A DNA stretch of 64,000 nucleotides from the NCBI GenBank assembly GCA_964555355.1, contig CAZKRY010000001.1:343177-407176 (forward strand). Reading direction: 5' to 3'. The notes under the pieces are model-generated. The model saw only the letters and a program-made list of their open reading frames with translations, ran no database searches and had not been told where the DNA came from. The position numbers and the translations under genes were made by a program. Every line of letters begins with the position of its first letter. Position 1 is the first letter of the stretch. The stretch comes from an uncultured Klebsiella sp. Its GTDB lineage: Bacteria > Pseudomonadota > Gammaproteobacteria > Ga0077536. Below, piece by piece: positions 8,917 to 18,696 of the stretch.

Positions 8917-10023
8917 ATGATGGAATTCATTGATCTCAAAACGCAGTACCAACGGCTTAAACCGGAAATCGACCGACATATCCAACAAGTGCTCGACCAC
9001 GGCGCCTACATCATGGGGCCCGAAGTCGCGGCGATAGAAGCCAAACTCGCGGAGTATGTCGGCACCAAACACTGCATTACCGTCGCCAGTGGTACCGATG
9101 CACTGCTAATCGCGATGATGGCGCTGGGGATCAAGGCCGGCGATGAAATCATCACGACCCCATTCACGTTTATCGCAACTGGCGAAATGATTGCGCTACT
9201 CGGCGCCAAACCCGTGTTTGTCGATATCGATCGTGAGACCTATAACCTCGATCCCACGCTCACTGAAGCCGCCATCACCTCGCGCACTCGCGCGATCATG
9301 CCGGTGAGTTTGTATGGCCAGTGCGCCGAATTGGACGAGATTAATGCGATCGGCGCCAAACACGGCATTCCGGTGATTGAAGATGCGGCGCAGAGTTTCG
9401 GCGCCACTTACAAAGGCCGAAAATCATGTGCACTTTCCACCATTGGATGCACGAGCTTTTTCCCGTCCAAGCCGCTGGGTTGCTATGGCGATGGCGGCGC
9501 CTGTTTTACGGACGACGATGCGCTCGCCAAAGCAATGCGCGAGATCCGCGTACACGGCCAGGACCGCCGTTATCATCATCCAATCATCGGTGTGAATGGC
9601 CGGATGGATACGTTGCAGTGCGCGATTCTGCTCGCCAAGTTCCCGACGTTTGCGGAAGAAGTACGGCTGCGTGAAGAAATCGGCGCGCGCTACACAGCGC
9701 TAATCAAGAATGCCGCAAGCGGCGCGCAACCGCCGACACTAAGGTCCTACAACACCTCGGTCTATGCGCAGTACACGGTGGAAGTGGACGCGCGAGACGT
9801 GGTCCAAGAAAAATTGAAAGCGGCCGGGATCCCAACCGCCGTGCATTATCCGGTACCGCTACATTTGCAGCCGGCGTTTGCGTCGCTTGGACTGAAAGAA
9901 GGAGCCTTCCCCAAGAGCGAAGCGGCGGCGAAACGGGTGATGAGTTTGCCGATGCATCCGTTTCTAAATGAATCAACTCAACAACAGGTTATTCAAGCGC
10001 TGATGTCGGCGACTTCACGCTAA
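8917..10023 (+). CDS. wbpE: DegT/DnrJ/EryC1/StrS-family PLP aminotransferase, WbpE-like
   Basis: DegT-family fold with the PLP-lysine region (SFFPSKPLGCYGDGGA). Position after the WbpB/WbpD-like genes. Confidence 0.8.
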   Translation: MMEFIDLKTQYQRLKPEIDRHIQQVLDHGAYIMGPEVAAIEAKLAEYVGTKHCITVASGTDALLIAMMALGIKAGDEIITTPFTFIATGEMIALLGAKPVFVDIDRETYNLDPTLTEAAITSRTRAIMPVSLYGQCAELDEINAIGAKHGIPVIEDAAQSFGATYKGRKSCALSTIGCTSFFPSKPLGCYGDGGACFTDDDALAKAMREIRVHGQDRRYHHPIIGVNGRMDTLQCAILLAKFPTFAEEVRLREEIGARYTALIKNAASGAQPPTLRSYNTSVYAQYTVEVDARDVVQEKLKAAGIPTAVHYPVPLHLQPAFASLGLKEGAFPKSEAAAKRVMSLPMHPFLNESTQQQVIQALMSATSR

Positions 10024-10043
10024 TTCAACTTCCGGAGCACAAC

Positions 10044-11039
10044 ATGGATATTCGCGGTAAGAAACTCGTGGTCATTGGTGGAGCCGGTTTAATCGGCTCA
10101 CACGCCGTTGATTTATTAACTAAGGAAGATGTCGGCGAAATCGTTATCTACGATAACTTCGTCCGCGGCACGACCGAAAATTTAGCGGGCGCGTTACGCG
10201 ATCCGCGGGTCAAGGTGTATGAAGCCGGTGGCGACGTTTGTCAGGCGGATATTCTCGATGCGGCGCTCAAAGGCGCGGATGGCGTATTTCATTTCGCCGC
10301 GTTGTGGCTCCTGCAGTGCCATGAGTTCCCGCGCGCGGCGTTTGACGTCAATGTGCGCGGCACTTTCAACGTGCTTGAGGCATGCGTCGCGAACAAAGTT
10401 CAACGCCTCGTCTACTCGTCATCCGCATCAGTCTACGGCGACGCGGTGGAAGAACCGATGACCGAAGACCACCCGTTTCTAAATAAGAATTTTTACGGCG
10501 CGACGAAAATTTGCGGCGAATCGATGGCGCGCGCCTATCACCATCGCTATGGACTGAACTTTGTCGGCTTACGCTACATGAACGTCTATGGCCCTCGCCA
10601 GGATTATCGGGGCGCGTATATCGCGGTGATCATGAAGATGTTGGACGCAATCGACAAAGGTGAGGGCCCAACGATCTTCGGAGACGGCTCCGAAGCTTTT
10701 GACTTTGTGGCCGTTGAAGACTGCGGCGCGGCGAATGTCTGCGCCATGAAGGCCGAGACGGTCGATCGCTTTTACAATGTCGGCACCGGCCATCGGACCT
10801 CTTTAAAAGAAATTGCCGAGCTACTGCTACGTCTATCTGGCTCGAAAGCTACCATCAATTACGCGCCCCGCAGTCAAGCGACGTTCGTTCGCAACCGGAT
10901 CGGCTGCCCGAAACGGGCAACGGCCGAAATCGGTTTTACCGCGAAAATCGCACTCGAAGAAGGCATGCGTCGAGTCATCGATTGGCGCAAGTCGCACATT
11001 GAGGAAGTGAACTCGCGTCGCGCGAAGGCTGCGAAGTAG
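10044..11039 (+). CDS. NAD-dependent epimerase/dehydratase (extended SDR; UDP-sugar 4-epimerase/decarboxylase-like)
   Basis: GGAGLIGSH glycine-rich NAD motif and catalytic YxxxK (YGATKICGE); ~330 aa. Confidence 0.8.
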   Translation: MDIRGKKLVVIGGAGLIGSHAVDLLTKEDVGEIVIYDNFVRGTTENLAGALRDPRVKVYEAGGDVCQADILDAALKGADGVFHFAALWLLQCHEFPRAAFDVNVRGTFNVLEACVANKVQRLVYSSSASVYGDAVEEPMTEDHPFLNKNFYGATKICGESMARAYHHRYGLNFVGLRYMNVYGPRQDYRGAYIAVIMKMLDAIDKGEGPTIFGDGSEAFDFVAVEDCGAANVCAMKAETVDRFYNVGTGHRTSLKEIAELLLRLSGSKATINYAPRSQATFVRNRIGCPKRATAEIGFTAKIALEEGMRRVIDWRKSHIEEVNSRRAKAAK

Positions 11040-11059
11040 GTCGGCGGCGCAGACACACG

Positions 11060-12934
11060 ATGTGCGGAATTGCTGGGATTCTACACCTGGACGGCGCGCC
11101 CGCTTCGGTGACGTTGCTGCGCAGGATGACGGATTCAATCTCGCATCGTGGACCCGATGGCGAAGGTCATCACGTGGATGGGTCGCTCGCGCTAGGACAT
11201 CGACGCCTGTCAATCATCGACTTATCCGCTGCCGGCCATCAACCGATGGCGACACCCGATGGCCGCTACCTGCTTACCTACAACGGGGAGATCTACAACT
11301 TCCAGGAACTACGCACAGCGCTTGAAGCGCTGGGTCGCCAGTTCCGTTCGCGCACGGATTCCGAGGTGTTGCTAATGGGCTTCGCGGAGTGGGGGCTGCG
11401 CGTCCTGGACCGCCTGAACGGCATGTTTGCCTTTGCGATCTGGGACAAAGAAACCCGCACACTGACGCTTGCTCGTGACCGTTACGGTATCAAGCCGCTG
11501 TATTGGGCAAAGGTTGGCGCAACGGTTCTGTTCGGCTCCGAGATAAAGGCGATCCTTGCCCACGGTGCTATCAGGGCAAAACTCGATGGACCGGGTCTCC
11601 TCGAATACTTCACTTTTCAGAACTTTTTCACCGACCATACGCTATTCGACGGAGTGCGATTGTTGCCAGCCGGCACCTATTTGCAAGTCCGCGCCGACGT
11701 GCGCTGGACGCCATCGCCGGTGCGTTATTGGGACTATGATTTCAATGAACCCCTCGAGCGCATATCCGACGCGGAATACCTCGAAGAACTCGACCGGCTC
11801 TTCAAGCAGGCAGTGAACAGGCAACTAGTCAGTGACGTTGAACTCGGCAGTTACCTGTCCGGCGGTATGGATTCGGGTTCCATCACGGCGATCGCGGCGA
11901 GACAGATCCCTGATCTCAAGTCCTTCACGTGCGGTTTCGACCTACGCTCCGCGTCCGGCCTCGAACTGAACTTCGATGAGCGCCAAGCCGCCGAAGCGAT
12001 GTCCTATGAATTTAAGACCGAACATTATGAGATGGTGCTCAAAGCCGGGGACATGGAGCGTGTAATCCCGCGGCTGGCTTGGCACTTGGAGGAACCGCGC
12101 GTTGGCCAGTGCTACCCAAACTTCTATGCCGCGCAACTGGCAAGCAAGTTCGTCAAGGTAGTGCTATCCGGCGCGGGCGGTGACGAGTTGTTCGGTGGTT
12201 ATCCATGGCGCTACTACCGCGCCGTCGTCAACGACGATTTCGAACATTATATCGACAAGTATTATTCGTACTGGCAGCGCTTAGTCCCGAACAAGACCAT
12301 AAAGCAGCTGTTCGCGCCAATCTGGAGCGACGTCAAGGACGTTTGGACACGTGATATTTTTCGCGATGTCTTCGGTCATCACGCCGCTTCGCTCACGCGG
12401 CCGGAAGATTACGTCAACCACTCGTTGTACTTCGAGGCGAAAACTTTCCTGCACGGATTATTGGTGGTGGAAGACAAGATGAGTATGGCGCATTCGCTCG
12501 AAACGCGCGTGCCTTTCCTCGACAACGACCTCGTGGACTTCGCGACGCGCGTGCCGGTATCGCTGAAACTTGGCAACCTAGGCGAAGTGGTGAGACTCAA
12601 CGAGAACGAGCCTTCGCACAAGACGACCAAGTACTATCAGAAAACCAATGATGGAAAACTTTTATTGCGAAAGATGATGTCGCGGCATATCCCGGCGGAG
12701 ATCGCGGATCGTGAAAAGCAGGGGTTTTCCGCGCCCGATGCGAGTTGGTTCAAGGGAGAAAGCATCGACTACGTGAAACGCATGCTCTACCAGGGGCCGA
12801 CAAGCCTCTACAAATTCCTCGATCGCGGTACCGTTCATGGCTTAGTCGATGAGCACCTCGAAGGTCACGAGAATCGGCGGCTGTTGATCTGGTCGTTGCT
12901 GAATGTCGAGCAGTGGTGCAGGCATTACCTGTGA
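11060..12934 (+). CDS. Asparagine synthase (glutamine-hydrolysing)-family amidotransferase, WbpS/AsnB-like
   Basis: N-terminal MCGIAG (Ntn Cys2), GATase-2 domain, PP-loop SGGMDSGS. Confidence 0.85.
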   Translation: MCGIAGILHLDGAPASVTLLRRMTDSISHRGPDGEGHHVDGSLALGHRRLSIIDLSAAGHQPMATPDGRYLLTYNGEIYNFQELRTALEALGRQFRSRTDSEVLLMGFAEWGLRVLDRLNGMFAFAIWDKETRTLTLARDRYGIKPLYWAKVGATVLFGSEIKAILAHGAIRAKLDGPGLLEYFTFQNFFTDHTLFDGVRLLPAGTYLQVRADVRWTPSPVRYWDYDFNEPLERISDAEYLEELDRLFKQAVNRQLVSDVELGSYLSGGMDSGSITAIAARQIPDLKSFTCGFDLRSASGLELNFDERQAAEAMSYEFKTEHYEMVLKAGDMERVIPRLAWHLEEPRVGQCYPNFYAAQLASKFVKVVLSGAGGDELFGGYPWRYYRAVVNDDFEHYIDKYYSYWQRLVPNKTIKQLFAPIWSDVKDVWTRDIFRDVFGHHAASLTRPEDYVNHSLYFEAKTFLHGLLVVEDKMSMAHSLETRVPFLDNDLVDFATRVPVSLKLGNLGEVVRLNENEPSHKTTKYYQKTNDGKLLLRKMMSRHIPAEIADREKQGFSAPDASWFKGESIDYVKRMLYQGPTSLYKFLDRGTVHGLVDEHLEGHENRRLLIWSLLNVEQWCRHYL

Positions 12935-12958
12935 CCATGCGAAAGAACGGAATTCGAT

Positions 12959-13807
12959 ATGGAGTTTAGCCTCATAAACACACTGGCTCCGTCCTCAATC
13001 GCGCGCGCGTGCCGCGCAGCGTATATGACTTTAAGCGCAAATAGAGGCCTGGTTTTCGAGATGACTCGGCGAGACCTGAAGTCCCAATACGCCGGCCAAA
13101 TTATCGGGAATTGGTGGGTTGTGGCTCACCCTTTGTTTATGATGTCGCTCTACGTATTCGTGTTTGCGTACGTATTCAAAGTTAAACTGGGCGGGACTGT
13201 TGATATGCCGCTCAGTTACACGGCATATATACTCAGCGGTCTAGTTCCATGGTTGAGTTTCAACCAATGCATGGCGCGGGCACCGGTTGTTTTGCCGGGC
13301 CACGCCAATCTCGTTAAGCAGGTCGTGTTTCCTCTTGAAGTGCTACCCGCCACCGCAGTTCTACTCAATCTAATACCACTAGCAGTCGGTTTGGTCGTCC
13401 TTTTGGTACACGTGATATGGACGAACGGCCTCCCTCCAGCAACTTATTTGTTGCTGCCGTTGCTTGTTACGCTACAGATGATCGCAATGCTAGGTGTTTC
13501 ATTTGCGCTTGCGGCACTTGGTCCATTTGCCCGAGATACGAAAGATATTGTTCAGATCTTCGCGTTAGCCGGCAATTACCTGATGCCGATTTTTTACCTT
13601 CCCGAATGGGTACCGAACGCCCTGCGGCCTCTGCTTTACCTGAATCCGTTTAGTTATCTCACCTGGTGTTATCAGGACGCGCTTTATTTTGGCCGTTTCG
13701 AACATCCGATTGCGTGGGTGGCGAACACCGTGGGCAGTTTTCTCGTTCTGGCATGGGGATACTCTATTTTCCGTAGACTTCGACCGTTCTTTGGAAGCGC
13801 ATTATGA
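12959..13807 (+). CDS. wzm: ABC-2-type polysaccharide exporter permease (Wzm-like)
   Basis: Six predicted transmembrane segments. The RRDLKSQYAGQIIGNWWVVAHPLFMMSLYVFVF motif is typical of Wzm/KpsM permeases. The start could instead be the internal ATG about 66 nt downstream. Confidence 0.75.
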   Translation: MEFSLINTLAPSSIARACRAAYMTLSANRGLVFEMTRRDLKSQYAGQIIGNWWVVAHPLFMMSLYVFVFAYVFKVKLGGTVDMPLSYTAYILSGLVPWLSFNQCMARAPVVLPGHANLVKQVVFPLEVLPATAVLLNLIPLAVGLVVLLVHVIWTNGLPPATYLLLPLLVTLQMIAMLGVSFALAALGPFARDTKDIVQIFALAGNYLMPIFYLPEWVPNALRPLLYLNPFSYLTWCYQDALYFGRFEHPIAWVANTVGSFLVLAWGYSIFRRLRPFFGSAL

Positions 13808-15081
13808 GTTCCAACGAACTTGCAATTTCAGTTTCGAATTTGTGTAAGGCATATAACGTCTATAATTCTCCGCGCGATTTTATTGTCGAGACGATTACAT
13901 CAAAACCGCGCCACATTAAGCAGCTTGCACTTCGAGACGTATCTTTTGAGATCCGACGCGGAGAAATTGTAGGGATAATCGGATCGAACGGTGCCGGTAA
14001 GAGTACGCTGCTCAAAATCCTCGCGGGCACGTTAGACCGCACGAGCGGACAAGTCGCCGTTTACGGCAAGATTTCCGCAATTCTTGAGCTGGGCACTGGA
14101 TTTCATCCTGATTTCACCGGGCGCGAGAACATCATTATCGGCGGAATGTGTTTGGGCATGACCCGAGAGGAAGCTATTCGAAAAGCGCCTTCGATCATTG
14201 AATTCAGTGAGCTAGAGTCGGTAATCGATCAACCGTTTAAAACTTACTCTAGCGGTATGCAGGCGAGGCTGACATTTTCTACGGCGATCAGCATCGACCC
14301 AGACATTCTGATAATCGATGAAGCCCTCGCAGCAGGTGACGCATATTTCGTTAGAAAATCTTTGGCGCGACTACGAGAGATATGCCGCTCGGGCGTGACC
14401 GTGTTGTTGGTGACACATTCAACCGACATAATCGCGACGTTGTGTCAACGCGCTATCTGGCTCGGAGATGGCACGATTCGCATGGAGGGCCCCGCAAAAT
14501 CCGTTGCCAATGCTTATGAGTTAGATGTGGAACGACGAATTACTGCGGGATACAAAGACGCACAAGCAAGAACCTTCGCAAGTAAGGTAAGCGCTGACGG
14601 CGAAGCTTATAGCTTTCTACGCGCTGGGATCGATATCGTCCAATGCCGGGTAGAAGATTCAAATGGCCAGGAGCGAGAGTCATTCGCGCAAGGGGAGCCT
14701 CTACGCATAGTCATTCGGTGGCGCGGACAATTTGACGGAACGTTACATCCAGTTATCGGTATACGATCAACTAGTGGAGTTGTAAGTGGTTTCGTTGGCT
14801 GCGAGCATGGTGTCTATCTGCGGACGCCCAGCGGAGAGGGTCTTATTGCACTGGATATAATCGATCCACTTTATGGTCTCGGCGAGTACTCGATCTCGCT
14901 TTCACTAGTCCGCTCGGACCCCGTTCAAGCCTTAGAAGAGGAAGTGTGTTTCATTCGGAATGCAGCCAAATTCTACGTAAGGCGGCGATTTCCCCGAAGC
15001 TATTGCTATGCGTACGAACCCCGTGTTCGCTGGCGAGATAGCGACGGATGCGAAATCTCTTCACTCGAAATTGAGGCATGA
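13804..15081 (+). CDS. wzt: ABC transporter ATP-binding protein (Wzt-like) with a C-terminal glycan-binding extension
   Basis: Walker [13 protein letters not shown] signature YSSGMQARL, Walker B ILIIDEA. An additional ~170-aa C-terminal domain, as in O-antigen Wzt. ATGA overlap with wzm. Confidence 0.85.
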   Translation: MSSNELAISVSNLCKAYNVYNSPRDFIVETITSKPRHIKQLALRDVSFEIRRGEIVGIIGSNGAGKSTLLKILAGTLDRTSGQVAVYGKISAILELGTGFHPDFTGRENIIIGGMCLGMTREEAIRKAPSIIEFSELESVIDQPFKTYSSGMQARLTFSTAISIDPDILIIDEALAAGDAYFVRKSLARLREICRSGVTVLLVTHSTDIIATLCQRAIWLGDGTIRMEGPAKSVANAYELDVERRITAGYKDAQARTFASKVSADGEAYSFLRAGIDIVQCRVEDSNGQERESFAQGEPLRIVIRWRGQFDGTLHPVIGIRSTSGVVSGFVGCEHGVYLRTPSGEGLIALDIIDPLYGLGEYSISLSLVRSDPVQALEEEVCFIRNAAKFYVRRRFPRSYCYAYEPRVRWRDSDGCEISSLEIEA

Positions 15082-15084
15082 CTC

Positions 15085-16707
15085 ATGAATAAATTTCCCG
15101 AAAATATCCATCTGCGCGCGAGGTCAAACGAGTCGAGCTTAGCGTCAGGATTTTTGCGTGGCATGAGATGGTTTTCGAGCGCGTTCGCGAAAAAACCGAG
15201 AGCCGCGCGACTAATCGGATATCTTGTGGTCAGTAAACAGATTGATCAGTCGTACGAAGAGAAGCGGATCAAAAGAATTATTCACGAGTTACGCGCCAGT
15301 GGAACTACTCAATTTGCGGCGAGTGAACTTACTGGAAATGCGCAAATAGATTCACTGTTCAATGAAGTAATCCCGCTGCAGAAACTACCGACCGAATACG
15401 CAAATGATTTTGTCGTAATGTGTCCTACGAGTCAGTACCACGTCACGAACCTACATCTCAAAACAATGATTAGTGCTGCGCGCCTTAGCGGTAAAACATC
15501 TTGCTACCAGATCGTCGGCAGTGAATTTATAGGAAATATGGGATTGCACTTCTGCATAGCCGTTTTGGCGCCGCAATCCGCTAGCATTAATCCCGCCCGC
15601 TTGGGATATCTAAATTTTTGGAACGAGCAGACGCCATTCGACGATGAAACAACTGTAAATTGGCTGGAGATTTCCGACGCTGAGCTACGCGAAGCCTATC
15701 GAAGCTATGCAGAAATTGGTCGCCCTAAGACGGTTACCGTCGAACTCAATAGCACTTGTAACTTCAAATGCAGTTACTGCCCTTTCCACGGCGACGACAC
15801 AGAGAATCCCCTCTATGTCGGCCCGAAGTTAGGACGCGAAATGTGCCTTGAAGACTTCGCCAAACAGGTTCGGTCTGTCGCTGAATGGAAAGATGAATTC
15901 GATCCGCAGGTCGCAACTATTGCCCCGTTCTGGCGTGGCGAGTTTTTTATGGCGGGAAAATGGCAGGAAGCCCTCGCGGTGATAAAAGAGAACGGCCTAC
16001 GCTCATATGTATGCACAAATGGCTCGGTGCTGCGAAGGGATATCGTCGACACATTAATGAAGACTGGCCTGCTAGATCATTTAACCATTAGCCTTGACGC
16101 GACAGATGATGAACAGAACTGGGCTACACGTCGGAACGCAAAATTTGATCGTATTCAATCCATTATTGAATATGCGTTAAGTGAACGGGCTCGCTTGGCA
16201 CGGCCGATGACGATCGCGCTTAACTTCACGATCGTCACCGAAAACAAGGAAGCTATCGAAGCCTACGTGGAGCAGTGGGGATCAAAAGTAGATTACATTT
16301 TGATGGGACCGCGCCACAAAATGAATCCACAATCACTACATGGTGAATATGAGCAGGACTTGGTTCCATGGGAACAAGCGCCGATACCGATGCGGCGAGT
16401 TCCATGCGTTTATCTGGTTAATACCATATCTGTGAATTGTGACCAGGAGATGCATCTGTGCGCCCCGTGCGGTTCGCAACGAATCGAAGTTGCTAACGTC
16501 TCAAAGCGTGGGATAGCCGTTGAACGAAGTGAGTCGGTAAAAGTGAAAGAAACCATTAAATCCTTTGAAGATGGGTCTTTCGAAAATAATGATTACTGTC
16601 GGAATTGCAGCATGTGGCGATTCCACTTCCAGAGTAGAGAAGAGCGCATGGGCTACGCCTTTACGATGAACCCGCAGGCATGGACTATCACTCGTAAGCA
16701 GCTGTGA
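15085..16707 (+). CDS. Radical SAM protein with a ~220-aa N-terminal domain of unknown function and a Cys-rich (SPASM-like) C-terminus
   Basis: CNFKCSYC matches the CxxxCxxC radical-SAM cluster motif. The C-terminal cysteines (CVYL..C..C..CG; CRNC) suggest auxiliary clusters. Local GC is lower than in the flanks. Confidence 0.7.
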   Translation: MNKFPENIHLRARSNESSLASGFLRGMRWFSSAFAKKPRAARLIGYLVVSKQIDQSYEEKRIKRIIHELRASGTTQFAASELTGNAQIDSLFNEVIPLQKLPTEYANDFVVMCPTSQYHVTNLHLKTMISAARLSGKTSCYQIVGSEFIGNMGLHFCIAVLAPQSASINPARLGYLNFWNEQTPFDDETTVNWLEISDAELREAYRSYAEIGRPKTVTVELNSTCNFKCSYCPFHGDDTENPLYVGPKLGREMCLEDFAKQVRSVAEWKDEFDPQVATIAPFWRGEFFMAGKWQEALAVIKENGLRSYVCTNGSVLRRDIVDTLMKTGLLDHLTISLDATDDEQNWATRRNAKFDRIQSIIEYALSERARLARPMTIALNFTIVTENKEAIEAYVEQWGSKVDYILMGPRHKMNPQSLHGEYEQDLVPWEQAPIPMRRVPCVYLVNTISVNCDQEMHLCAPCGSQRIEVANVSKRGIAVERSESVKVKETIKSFEDGSFENNDYCRNCSMWRFHFQSREERMGYAFTMNPQAWTITRKQL

Positions 16708-17546
16708 TGCTGTCTGCGCGAGGGAATTCTGATATGACAGCGAAAAATGAATGGAAAGCGTCCCTTCATTCTTTCTTCGATCAGAGAGGTGGGGAGTTAT
16801 TGTCACATCCTACCTTGCAGGAGTTATGTTACGTGAGCGGTCGCGATCCGCGATTGTGGTCCGATCCCGTAATGTATGGCGATCTGATAAGAAGCATCGT
16901 TGACAGTCTGAGTGTCAGCAAATCGGCTTCGATTCTGGAAGTCGGCTGCGCGGCCGGATTTATCGCCAACGGCGTCGCCCCACTAGTTAAAAACTATATT
17001 GGTATCGACCTCGCGCGGAATGCTCTCGTTGCCGCAGGGAGGCTCGGTCTCCCCAATGCGGTGTTTAAGCATTCAGACGGAAGCTCCGTTCCACTTCAGA
17101 GTAGTTCCGTGGATGCGGCATTTTGTTACGACGTGGTAACCAACTTTCCCTCGTTCGACGACGTCGAGCCTCTAATTGCCGAAATGCTTAGAGTAGTTCG
17201 ACCTGGTGGTAAGGTCATGATTGGTTCCGTGCCGGATGCAGCTTGCCGGGATGAATACGAGCAGCGGATACAAGAGGTGGCAAAAGAACTCGATGCTAAA
17301 TTTGGTCCATCAGTACCACAAGTCAATGGTGTCAAGACGAATTCTCTCCTAAAGGGCGTGATTCGCCATTTATTTCGAAGACCGAGTGCACCGCCGCCGG
17401 CCATCTTTTGCTACTACTTTAGTCGAGCAGACTTTAGGGCGGTTGCGCAGCGTTTCGGGGTACGGTTGGTGTTTGGTGAAATCCACGAGATGAATCCGTA
17501 TCGAGGGCACCGCTTTAACGCAATTTTCCAACGTGTGGGGTCATGA
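16704..17546 (+). CDS. Class I SAM-dependent methyltransferase
   Basis: Motif I ILEVGCAAG, motif post-II VRPGGKVMIG. The GTG/ATG start overlaps the radical-SAM stop (GTGATG). Confidence 0.75.
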   Translation: MMLSARGNSDMTAKNEWKASLHSFFDQRGGELLSHPTLQELCYVSGRDPRLWSDPVMYGDLIRSIVDSLSVSKSASILEVGCAAGFIANGVAPLVKNYIGIDLARNALVAAGRLGLPNAVFKHSDGSSVPLQSSSVDAAFCYDVVTNFPSFDDVEPLIAEMLRVVRPGGKVMIGSVPDAACRDEYEQRIQEVAKELDAKFGPSVPQVNGVKTNSLLKGVIRHLFRRPSAPPPAIFCYYFSRADFRAVAQRFGVRLVFGEIHEMNPYRGHRFNAIFQRVGS

Positions 17547-18667
17547 GGCCGATAGCCCATGCATTAATTGATGCGGTCGATTGGGAAAAGACTTGCGGAC
17601 TTGCATCCGAAGCATGGCTTTTCCATCGATATGATTGGGTTGGAATAGAGGCGGACAATTGGGCGGAGTCAAATGCGTCATTCGCTCTCTTTGACAACCG
17701 AGGGATGATAGGAATTGCCCCGCTTTATGGCGTTGTTAGCGGCGACGAGCGCCTAGTACATTCCGGTATTCATCGCCATGCGGGCTTGGCACTAATCGAT
17801 GGCTTGTCCCTCGGAGACCAGCGCGCCGCGCGCGATGCATACATCAAGAGAGTTTTACGGGTGGCGCGCGACTTCGGCGCACACCGGATCCAATTGAATG
17901 CGCATAACCTGAGTCCGGCCATGCGCGAATTTCCCCGTGAAGAGATCCCGTTCTTCGTGCAGAACTATGGCTTTCATTCTGGCCTTGCCTTCGGTCCAAC
18001 CGGGATCCAGGCCGCACCCGGCATGTCCACGTGCAATGCCGATCAAATCGTCGATCTAGCGCCCTCCGAAGATCAGTTGTTCGCAAATCTTGACGAGGCC
18101 TGCCGCCGGGCGGTCCGCAAGGCGCAAAAAAGCGGGTTGAGCGCGCGTGAGGCCACGCAGGAAAGCGACGTTCGGGCGTACTACGCGCTGGCAGAACTAT
18201 CGGCACGTCGCACTGGCGAGACTTTGCCGCCATACGACTATTACGCACGCATCTGGAGAACGTTCCACGCCCGCGGTCATTGCCGTATTCTTTTCGCACA
18301 AATAGGCGGAGAGCGTCTCGCGGCATTGATGCTGTTCGCGGATCGCGGCGCGATGAACTTCGCGGCGGGTGTCACGGCGCCGGAAGCGCTGCCGCTGCGC
18401 GCCAATGATTTCTTGCACTGGGAGGCCATCCGCCTCGCAAAACGCGAACGCCTTTCGCACTACCGCCTCGGTCCGATTTTCCCGGAGGTACCGTCGTCCT
18501 GGCCGATTGCCATGGTGTCGCGTTTCAAGGGCAAATTCGGTGGCCGCTCGGTGCCGATCGTTCAAGGCAGTTTTTTTCTCGACCCCGCGCGCTATCTGCA
18601 GCAGGGCATCGCGCAGTTGACCGCGCTGTGTTCGCAACCGCGCGACGAAGTCGTGCAGGATGACTGA
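17543..18667 (+). CDS. FemAB/BioF2-like GNAT-fold acyl(aminoacyl)transferase-family protein
   Basis: ~370 aa with two GNAT-like halves, of a size and pattern resembling Fem/PF13480-type proteins. ATGA overlap with the upstream methyltransferase gene. Confidence 0.45.
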   Translation: MRPIAHALIDAVDWEKTCGLASEAWLFHRYDWVGIEADNWAESNASFALFDNRGMIGIAPLYGVVSGDERLVHSGIHRHAGLALIDGLSLGDQRAARDAYIKRVLRVARDFGAHRIQLNAHNLSPAMREFPREEIPFFVQNYGFHSGLAFGPTGIQAAPGMSTCNADQIVDLAPSEDQLFANLDEACRRAVRKAQKSGLSAREATQESDVRAYYALAELSARRTGETLPPYDYYARIWRTFHARGHCRILFAQIGGERLAALMLFADRGAMNFAAGVTAPEALPLRANDFLHWEAIRLAKRERLSHYRLGPIFPEVPSSWPIAMVSRFKGKFGGRSVPIVQGSFFLDPARYLQQGIAQLTALCSQPRDEVVQDD

Positions 18668-18696
18668 CAGTTAGCACAACTGAGACGATTCGAAGT

